The translations under genes were made by a program, and so were the position numbers. The notes below the pieces were generated by a model that had not been told where the DNA came from, did no database searches, and saw only the letters and a program-made list of their open reading frames with translations. A stretch of DNA of 43,206 nt from an uncultured Clostridia bacterium (GTDB taxonomy: Bacteria > Bacillota > Clostridia > Oscillospirales > Oscillospiraceae), in contig CANSLL010000001.1 in the NCBI GenBank assembly GCA_947647695.1, positions 1 to 43,206 on the forward strand, written 5' to 3'. Positions within the stretch are counted from its first letter, which is position 1, and each line of letters opens with the position of its first letter. Shown here one piece after another: positions 36,298-43,206 of this stretch.

Positions 36298-38529
36298 TCA
36301 GCCCGCAGGGCGTTTGACGTCCATTACGCCGGAGATGTTCACTAACTTCTTCTTCAGCTCCTCCAGCTGTTCCGCGCCGTTGACCTCTAAAATAAGGGAG
36401 GTGATGGCAAAACCGTCGGGCATCCCGCGGGAGGCAAAGGAGATGACCCGCACCTTCGCCGCCGAAAGCATGGCGGAGATGTCCAGCACCAGGCCGTCCC
36501 GGTCCCGGGAGACGATCTCCAGGCTCGTCTGATAGCTCTCGTGGGTACCGCTGCCCCAGCTGGCCCGGACCCAGCGGGCGGCCTCCTCGGGATTGTTGAC
36601 GTTGTAGCGCACGTTGGGGCAGTCCGCCCGGTGGACGGAGACGCCGTAGCCGCGGGTGATAAAGCCCACAATGGGGTCGCCGGGCACCGGCGCGCAGCAC
36701 TTGGCAAACTTGACAAGGCAGTTGTCCAGCCCCTCCACAATCACGCCGTTTTCGCTGTGGCGCTTGCGCTCCGGCGCGGGGGGGATGGGTATGGAGGCGT
36801 TGCGGGAGTAATTTTCCAGCTCCGACGCCTTCTGGGCCGCGGCCAGGGTCCGCTTCTCCCGCAGCAGTTCGTCTTTGATGCGGTTGACCGCCTTCAGGGA
36901 GGACAGGCCACCGTAGCCGATGGCGGCGTACATATCGTCGATGGCGTTGTAGGACATTTTTTTCAGCACCGCCGGCAGATTGTCCCACGATGCCAGCTCC
37001 GCCAGGGTCAGCCCTGCGTGTTTGAGCTCCGCGTCGAAGCTCAGCTTGCCCCGGGCGATGTTTTCCTCCCGCTTTTCCCGCTTAAACCACTGACGGATCT
37101 TGTTGCGCGCCTCGCTGGACCGGGCGATCTTCATCCAATCGCGGCTGGGTCCGTGGGCGGCCTTGGAAGTCACCACCTCCACGATATCGCCGTTTTGCAG
37201 GGCGTAGTCAAAGGTAACGATGCGGTTGTTGACTTTGCATGAGACCATGGCGTTGCCCACGGCAGAATGGATGGAGTAGGCAAAATCGATGGGCGTCGCC
37301 CCGGCGGGCAGGCTCTTCACGTCCCCGCCGGGGGTGAAGACGAACACCTCGTCGGAGAACATATCCACCTTCAGGTTGTGGATGAATTCCTCCGCGTCGG
37401 AGCTTTCCTGGTTCTCCAGGAGCCTGCGCACCCATTCAAAGGTCTTTTCGCTGCCCTCGCCCTGGCCGTTGAGCTTGTATTTCCAGTGGGCGGCGATGCC
37501 GTACTCGGCGATCTGGTGCATCTCCTCGGTGCGGATCTGCACCTCGAAGGGGATGCCCTCGTCGCCGACGACGGTGGTGTGCAGGGATTGATACATATTG
37601 GGCTTCGGGGTGCCGATATAATCCTTAAAGCGCCCCAGGACGGGGTTGTAAATGTCGTGCATCACGCCCAGGACGTTGTAGCAGTCCGGGATCGTTTTTA
37701 CGATCACCCGGAAGGCAAACAGATCGTAGATCTCTCCAAGGGTCTTTCCCTGGGCGTACATCTTGCGGTAGATGCTGTAGGTATGCTTGATACGTCCGTA
37801 GACCTTGGCATAGTCCACGCCGGTAGCCTTCAGGCGCTCCTCGATCTGTTCCTGGATGTGGGCCATGAACGCCTCGTGCTCCGGCCGGCTGGCCTCCAAC
37901 TTCTCGCTGATATCCTGATACCCCACCGGGTCCAGATAGCGCAGCGACCGGTCCTCCAGCTCCCATTTGACCTTCTGCATCCCCAACCGGTGGGCCAGGG
38001 GCGCGTAAATCTCCATGGTCTCCAGAGACTTCTGCTTTTGCTTTTCCGCAGTCTGATAGTCCATGGTGCGCATATTGTGCAGCCGGTCGGCGATCTTTAC
38101 CAGCACCACGCGGATGTCCTTGGACATGGCCACCAGCATTTTGCGCAGATTTTCCATCTGCTCTTCTTCCTTGCTGATATATTGCACCCTGGTCAACTTC
38201 GTCACGCCCTCCACCAGCTCCGCCACCGCCGGGGAAAACAGGCGGGCGATCTCCTCATGGGTCGCGTCGGTATCCTCGATACAGTCGTGCAGCAGCGCCG
38301 CCATGATGGACTCGCTGTCCAAATGGACGTCCGCCACGATCTGAGCCACCGCCAGGGGATGGGTGATATAGGGCGAGCCGTCCTTCCGGCGCTGATGGAT
38401 GTGTTTTTCCCGCGCGTATTCATAGGCGCGGCGCAGTTTCGCAAAATCCGCCATCCCATTATAGGCGCGGACGGACCGTTCCATTTCTTCATATGCCGCG
38501 TCGCTCCGGGCGCGTTCTTCCGCTGTCAT
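36298..38529 (-). CDS. relA: Bifunctional (p)ppGpp synthetase/hydrolase Rel
   Basis: [10 protein letters not shown] domain, [32 protein letters not shown] and ACT domains. Confidence 0.97.
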   Translation of the reverse strand: MTAEERARSDAAYEEMERSVRAYNGMADFAKLRRAYEYAREKHIHQRRKDGSPYITHPLAVAQIVADVHLDSESIMAALLHDCIEDTDATHEEIARLFSPAVAELVEGVTKLTRVQYISKEEEQMENLRKMLVAMSKDIRVVLVKIADRLHNMRTMDYQTAEKQKQKSLETMEIYAPLAHRLGMQKVKWELEDRSLRYLDPVGYQDISEKLEASRPEHEAFMAHIQEQIEERLKATGVDYAKVYGRIKHTYSIYRKMYAQGKTLGEIYDLFAFRVIVKTIPDCYNVLGVMHDIYNPVLGRFKDYIGTPKPNMYQSLHTTVVGDEGIPFEVQIRTEEMHQIAEYGIAAHWKYKLNGQGEGSEKTFEWVRRLLENQESSDAEEFIHNLKVDMFSDEVFVFTPGGDVKSLPAGATPIDFAYSIHSAVGNAMVSCKVNNRIVTFDYALQNGDIVEVVTSKAAHGPSRDWMKIARSSEARNKIRQWFKREKREENIARGKLSFDAELKHAGLTLAELASWDNLPAVLKKMSYNAIDDMYAAIGYGGLSSLKAVNRIKDELLREKRTLAAAQKASELENYSRNASIPIPPAPERKRHSENGVIVEGLDNCLVKFAKCCAPVPGDPIVGFITRGYGVSVHRADCPNVRYNVNNPEEAARWVRASWGSGTHESYQTSLEIVSRDRDGLVLDISAMLSAAKVRVISFASRGMPDGFAITSLILEVNGAEQLEELKKKLVNISGVMDVKRPAG

Positions 38530-38535
38530 TGCCCC

Positions 38536-40623
38536 TCACCTCCTGTTCTGCAACGTATGCAGCGTCATCATATAGGGCGAAGCCGCCAGGTCTGCCTTGC
38601 CCGCGATGGGCAGCCGCCGCAGGCGGCACAGGTCGCCCCGGCGGGAAAACTCGATCAGGCCCCGCTCCGCAAATACCGTCAAGCAGACCATGGCCCGCAA
38701 AAAGGGATCCACGCCGCCCATGCGCTTTTCCAGCTTCCGAAGCAGGGGCAGCCGGGGCGTCTCCCAGGTCTCCCCCTCCGGCGGCAGCCGCCGGTCCAGC
38801 GCCCGCCAGCAGGCGGCGAACTGGCCCCGCTCCGGGATCATATGAGCCGCCTCCTGGGGCGTGACCTCCCCGCCGCCGAGAAAGCGGTCCATACACGCCA
38901 GGTCCTCCCGCTCCCGATGGCTGGGGGCCAGGGACAGCCGCACGTCCGCCAGCTGCATCTGCATGGTGCGGTTGGCGCGGAACTCGTTGATGTTCAGATA
39001 AAAGGCCGCGTCCACGCGATCCCCCTGGGCCACGCCGCAGCTTTCGGTGTTGGCGGAGAAAAAGATGCCGTCCAGCTGAGTGGTACCCTTAAAGAAGCGC
39101 ATTTTCAAATGCTTGTTCTGCCCCACATTTTGCAGGGATTCCACAGTCAGCCCCTGGATGCAGAACAGGGGGCGCTGATTATCCGCCCCGTAAGGCTCCA
39201 GACGCTGCAGCGCCTCCACCTCGCCCAGGCTCATCCAATCCGGGTGGGTGATCTCCGCGTCCACCTCCAGGCAGGGCACCGGCGCTCCCTCGCCGAAGTA
39301 CCGCTCCGCCAGGGCGTTAATCCGGCGGCGGAACGCCGGGATACGATCCCGCTCGATGGTAAAGCCCGCGGCCAGCTCGTGGCCGCCGAACCCCAGCAGC
39401 AGATCCTGGCATTCCTCCAGGGCGGCAAACAGATTGAATGCCCCGAAGCTGCGGCAGGACCCCTTGCCCACCACGCCGTTCAGATGGATCATAAAGCTGG
39501 GGCAGGAATATTTTTCGCTCAGCCGGGAGGCCACAATCCCCACCACGCCCTGATGCCAATCGCTGCTTTCCAACACCAGGGCGTGGCGCTCCTCGGGCGG
39601 CATCTGCCCGATGCGCGCCTGGGCCTCGGCAAAGATCTCCTGCTCCACGCTCTGGCGCGCCCGGTTCAGCTCGCACAGCTGCCGTGCCAACTCCGCGGCC
39701 GTTTCCTCATCCCCGGTCAAAAACAGCTCCGCGGCCATATCCGCCTGTCCCATGCGGCCCGCAGCGTTGATGCGGGGCGCCAGGATGAAGCCGATGTTCG
39801 TGGATGAAACGGGCTTATCCGCCAGCCCCGCCTCTTGCAGCAGAGCCCGCAGGCCAGGACAGGGCGTCTCATGGATCTGGGCCAGGCCGCACTGTACGAG
39901 CATCCGGTTCTCCCCGGTCATGCTCATCACGTCCGCCACGGTGCCGATGGCCGCCAGGGTACAGTAGCGCCGGAACACCGCTCCGGCCTCCCGCTCCCCC
40001 GCCAGGGCCATGACCAGCTTCAGCGCCACGCCCACGCCCGCTAAATTCTTAAAGGGATAGGGGCAGTCCGGCCGGTGGGGATTCACCACCGCGTCCGCCT
40101 CGGGCAGCACGTCCTTGCACTCGTGGTGGTCGGTGATGACCAAAGACAAGCCGTTTTCCCTGGCAAAGGCCGCTTCCTCCACGCCAGTGATGCCGCAGTC
40201 CACGGTGACCACCAGGGAAACGCCGTCCTTATGCAGCGCCTCCAGCGCGCCGCAGTTGAGGCCGTAGCCGTCGTCGATGCGGTGGGGGATATGGCGCACA
40301 CAGTCCGCTCCGGCGCGGCGCAGGGCGTCCGTCACCAGGCAAGTGGCCGTGATGCCGTCCACGTCATAATCTCCGAAAACGGCGATCTTTTCGCCCTCCG
40401 CCAGCGCTTTTTGGATCCGGGCAACGGCTTTGTCCATATCCTTCATCAAAAAGGGATCCCACAGCTGCGCCGTGTCCCGGCGCAGCAGCTCTTCCACCTG
40501 TGCCGCCGAAGAAAAGCCGCGGCCTGCCAGTACAATAGACATTAAATAAGGATATCCCGCGTCCATCAGGGCGCGCGCCGCCTCTTCCCCGCCGCCGCGG
40601 ATGTTCCACTCCTGAAATTTCAC
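38536..40623 (-). CDS. recJ: ssDNA-specific exonuclease RecJ
   Basis: GDYDVDG, TVDCG, TDHH, PRINAAGR, GSCRS, FGGHELAAG; GTG start with RBS. Confidence 0.96.
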   Translation of the reverse strand: MKFQEWNIRGGGEEAARALMDAGYPYLMSIVLAGRGFSSAAQVEELLRRDTAQLWDPFLMKDMDKAVARIQKALAEGEKIAVFGDYDVDGITATCLVTDALRRAGADCVRHIPHRIDDGYGLNCGALEALHKDGVSLVVTVDCGITGVEEAAFARENGLSLVITDHHECKDVLPEADAVVNPHRPDCPYPFKNLAGVGVALKLVMALAGEREAGAVFRRYCTLAAIGTVADVMSMTGENRMLVQCGLAQIHETPCPGLRALLQEAGLADKPVSSTNIGFILAPRINAAGRMGQADMAAELFLTGDEETAAELARQLCELNRARQSVEQEIFAEAQARIGQMPPEERHALVLESSDWHQGVVGIVASRLSEKYSCPSFMIHLNGVVGKGSCRSFGAFNLFAALEECQDLLLGFGGHELAAGFTIERDRIPAFRRRINALAERYFGEGAPVPCLEVDAEITHPDWMSLGEVEALQRLEPYGADNQRPLFCIQGLTVESLQNVGQNKHLKMRFFKGTTQLDGIFFSANTESCGVAQGDRVDAAFYLNINEFRANRTMQMQLADVRLSLAPSHREREDLACMDRFLGGGEVTPQEAAHMIPERGQFAACWRALDRRLPPEGETWETPRLPLLRKLEKRMGGVDPFLRAMVCLTVFAERGLIEFSRRGDLCRLRRLPIAGKADLAASPYMMTLHTLQNRR

Positions 40624-40711
40624 GCAGCCGCCGCCTCCTTTCCCCTGTCCCGGTCTCTGTGCCGGAAGTCCCTCTTTCCCAAAGGGACACTTTGATCGAT
40701 ATTAGCATTTT

Positions 40712-40740
40712 ATTATAATACATTTTTTCCGCCCTGTCAC
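40712..40740 (-). promoter_or_regulatory. sigma-A type promoter of the recJ-rel operon
   Basis: Minus strand GTGACA-N17-TATAAT. Confidence 0.7.
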
Positions 40741-40888
40741 TACTCCCCGTGTGAAAAATTCCCCTTATGCCCCAAGGCCTGTTTACGGACAGCACCCGCC
40801 GGCCCCCCGCAGTCCCGGCCGCAGCGGACGGCGGCGCTTTATTTTTCCATTTTTTTGCACCGCAGCGCCCTTTCCTCCCCTGAAAGTC

Positions 40889-40916
40889 TTGCATTTTTTC
40901 TTTTTTGAGCTACAAT
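40889..40916 (+). promoter_or_regulatory. Candidate sigma-A promoter of the COG0523 pair
   Basis: TTGCAT-N16-TACAAT. Confidence 0.5.
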
Positions 40917-41000
40917 AGATAAATATGCTGTCATCAAATGCGTCCCGTTCCCCTGCACGGAAAAGGGACGCCTGAATTCTTGCAAAAAGGGGCATTTATC

Positions 41001-42092
41001 ATGACAAAAATCGATATCATCTCCGGCTTCCTCGGCGCCGGCAAAACGACGCTCATCAAAAAACTGTTGGAGGAGGCGTACCAGGGCGAGCAGGTCGTGC
41101 TGATCGAGAACGAGTTCGGCGAGATCGGCATCGACGGCGGTTTCCTCAAGGACGCGGGCGTGAACATCACCGAGATGAACTCCGGCTGCATCTGCTGCTC
41201 CCTGGTGGGCGACTTCGGCCAGGCTCTCTACGACGTCATCGGCCAGTTCCATCCCGACCGGGTCATCATCGAGCCCTCCGGCGTGGGCAAGCTGAGCGAC
41301 GTGATCCGCGCCGTCCAGCGGGCAGCGGAGACGACGCCCATGGAGCTGAACTGCTTCATCGCCGTGGCCGACGCGTCCAAGTGCAAAATGTATATGAAAA
41401 ACTTCGGCGAGTTCTTCAACAACCAGATCGAGCACGCCAACACCATCATCCTCTCGCGCACCCAGAATATCAGCGAGGACAAGCTCTCCGCCACCGCCGG
41501 GGCCCTGCGGGAGCACAACGGCGACGCCATCATCATCACCACGCCCTGGGATCAGATCACCGGCAAACAGATTTTAGAGGCCATGGAGACCCATAAGCAT
41601 GACGTAGCCGCCCAACTCCTTTCCGAGGAATTTGACGATGAGGAGTGCGACGATCCCGACTGCGCCTGCCATGACCACGACGGGCATCACCATCATGACC
41701 ACGACCACAACCATGAACATGAAGACGGCCATGCGCACCATGACCATGAGCATGAACATGAACACGACCACGAGGCCCACGAGCATGACCATGAGCATCA
41801 CCACCACCATCATCATGCCGACGACGTATTCACCTCCTGGGGCATGGAGACGCCGCGCAAGTATACCGACGAGGAGATCGCCGCGGCCCTGACGGAGCTG
41901 GACAGCGGCAAATACGGCGCGATCCTCCGGGCCAAGGGCATCGTACCCGCGGCGGACGGCGGCTGGATCCATTTTGACTACGTCCCGGGCGAGCACAACG
42001 TGCGCCGGGGCGGCGCGGAGGTCACGGGACGCCTGTGCGTCATCGGCGCGGAGCTGAAGGAAGCGGACGTAGCCGTTTTGTTCCACATCTGA
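41001..42092 (+). CDS. COG0523/CobW-family G3E GTPase metallochaperone with a His-rich insert
   Basis: SGFLGAGKTT, ENEFGE, GCICC, IEPSG, ILRAKG, CVIG; start ATG41001. Confidence 0.93.
   Translation: MTKIDIISGFLGAGKTTLIKKLLEEAYQGEQVVLIENEFGEIGIDGGFLKDAGVNITEMNSGCICCSLVGDFGQALYDVIGQFHPDRVIIEPSGVGKLSDVIRAVQRAAETTPMELNCFIAVADASKCKMYMKNFGEFFNNQIEHANTIILSRTQNISEDKLSATAGALREHNGDAIIITTPWDQITGKQILEAMETHKHDVAAQLLSEEFDDEECDDPDCACHDHDGHHHHDHDHNHEHEDGHAHHDHEHEHEHDHEAHEHDHEHHHHHHHADDVFTSWGMETPRKYTDEEIAAALTELDSGKYGAILRAKGIVPAADGGWIHFDYVPGEHNVRRGGAEVTGRLCVIGAELKEADVAVLFHI
41670..41816 (+). repeat. Low-complexity His/Glu/Asp codon tract within the COG0523 gene
   Basis: CAY-GAN repeats encoding HDHDGHHHHDHDHNHEHE...HHHHHHH. 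Confidence 0.9.
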
Positions 42093-42106
42093 GCGGGGGT
42101 GACGTT

Positions 42107-43039
42107 TTGGAGATCCCTGTCTATCTCATCACCGGCTTTTTAGAGGGCGGCAAGACGAATTTTATCAACGGCATCTTAGAGGACGGCTTTGCCCGGGAGG
42201 ACGCCACGCTGCTGCTGTGCTGCGAGGAGGGCGTCGAGGAGTACGATCCCCGGTATTTGAACAACGTCACCGTGGTAACGGTCGACGAGGAAAGCCAGCT
42301 CAGCCGCAACAAGCTGACCCAGTTGGAGCAGAAATATCACCCCAAGCAGATCTTGATCGAATACAACGGCATGTGGGAGATCGAGAAGCTCTATTTCGAC
42401 TATCTGCCGAAAAACTGGCTGCTGTACCAGATCATGACCTTTGTGGACGCCACCACGTTCAACGTCTATGTCAAGAACATGGGCGCGCTGATGATGGAAA
42501 AGCTGAAGGACGCGGACATGATTGTCTTCAACCGCTGTACAGAGAAGGAGCGCGCCGCCCTGCGCCAGCGCAACCTGAAAATGGTCAATCGCCGGGCGGA
42601 CATCTTTTTGGAAAACACGGACGGCTCCAGCGAGGACTACGCCGACGAGACGGTTTCCGCTTTTGATCTCAGCGCCCCGGTCATCGACGTGCGGGACGAC
42701 GACTATGGTATCTTTTATGTGGAGGCCATGGACCTGCCAGCCCGGTTTGACGGCAAGACCGTCCGGTTCAAGGCGCAGATGTGCAAGAGCGCTCAATTCC
42801 CGGAGGGCTGCGTACCGGGGCGTTTCGCCATGGTCTGCTGTGCCAAGGACATCACGTTTTTAGGCATGGCGTGCAAAGCGTCTGGCCTGGAGCAGTACCG
42901 GAACCGGGACTGGGTGACGATCACCGCCAAGGTGAAGGCGGAGCATCTGGACGCCTACGGCGAGGAGCCGGGCCCGGTGCTGTACGCTGAGCGGATTGAA
43001 CCGGCGGAAGCGGCGAAAGATGAAGTCATTCAATTTTGA
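42107..43039 (+). CDS. CobW-like GTP-binding domain fused to a TIGR03943-like C-terminal domain
   Basis: IPVYLITGFLEGGKT, EEGVEEY, IEYNGMW, GRFAMVCCAKDI, WVTITA, GPVL; TTG start. Confidence 0.8.
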   Translation: MEIPVYLITGFLEGGKTNFINGILEDGFAREDATLLLCCEEGVEEYDPRYLNNVTVVTVDEESQLSRNKLTQLEQKYHPKQILIEYNGMWEIEKLYFDYLPKNWLLYQIMTFVDATTFNVYVKNMGALMMEKLKDADMIVFNRCTEKERAALRQRNLKMVNRRADIFLENTDGSSEDYADETVSAFDLSAPVIDVRDDDYGIFYVEAMDLPARFDGKTVRFKAQMCKSAQFPEGCVPGRFAMVCCAKDITFLGMACKASGLEQYRNRDWVTITAKVKAEHLDAYGEEPGPVLYAERIEPAEAAKDEVIQF

Positions 43040-43045
43040 TGGGGC

Positions 43046-43073
43046 AAAAAAAGGGGGCGCCAGCCCCCTTTTT
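43046..43073 (+). terminator. Intrinsic terminator
   Basis: AAAAAGGGGGC-gcca-GCCCCCTTTTT. Confidence 0.85.
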
Positions 43074-43206
43074 CATTTCCCCCGCGAAAGCGGGGGATTT
43101 GTTCCGTGGCACGGAACCGGGGCCATTCCTTGTTTTTGCTTCCGGTGTGTGGGAGCACCCATATTGTTAAGTTGATATGACCTATCCCCCCAGGGGCTGC
43201 GCGCCC

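Noticed and set aside
37267-39807. 846-aa plus-strand ORF
   Set aside because: Antisense to rel and recJ; a codon-bias artefact
40921-41000. Known riboswitch or Zur box upstream of the COG0523 gene
   Set aside because: Only a simple hairpin; no conserved aptamer or Zur/Fur dyad that I can recognise
41670-41816. Repetitive tract as a VNTR or an independent ORF (41574-42086 minus, 41632-41892 plus)
   Set aside because: Fully explained by the His-rich insert of the COG0523 protein
43075-43206. Possible ncRNA at the window end (CCCGC-GAAA-GCGGG hairpin)
   Set aside because: A single short GNRA hairpin in truncated intergenic sequence; not enough evidence

Overview
High-GC chromosomal window from a spore-forming Clostridia (gene content and order look Oscillospiraceae/Ruminococcaceae-like; this is inference). 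No rRNA, tRNA, CRISPR array, transposase, integrase or phage gene is visible. Left to right: (1) marR-degV; (2) a regulator-less sugar-type ABC importer (LsrB/RhaS-like lipoprotein, ATPase, two permeases) co-transcribed with a ureidoglycolate-lyase-like cupin and a variant DhaK/DhaL kinase pair; (3) an orphan gene behind a sigma28/SigD-like promoter; (4) a membrane-tethered XRE regulator with two HExxH peptidases and small ORFs; (5) a YknXYZ/MacAB-like exporter with a duplicated adaptor, coupled to a 762-aa SLH protein; (6) a PaaI thioesterase; (7) fused feoAB plus a Cys-rich peptide, DUF6512 and a MerR/TipA regulator, bracketed by two identical 36-bp palindromes; (8) an orphan fumarase/tartrate dehydratase alpha subunit plus an amidohydrolase; (9) the conserved yabM-mazG-hup-yabO-yabP-yabQ-divIC-yabR block; (10) recJ-rel-dtd-MBL-hemZ-punA-mtaD; (11) a COG0523 metallochaperone pair. 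The best candidates for undescribed biology are the ABC-cupin-DhaKL catabolic operon, the SLH-coupled exporter, and a family of terminator hairpins carrying TGTCGAA (Spo0A-box consensus) at the loop. All family calls come from recognising motifs by eye; no database search was run.
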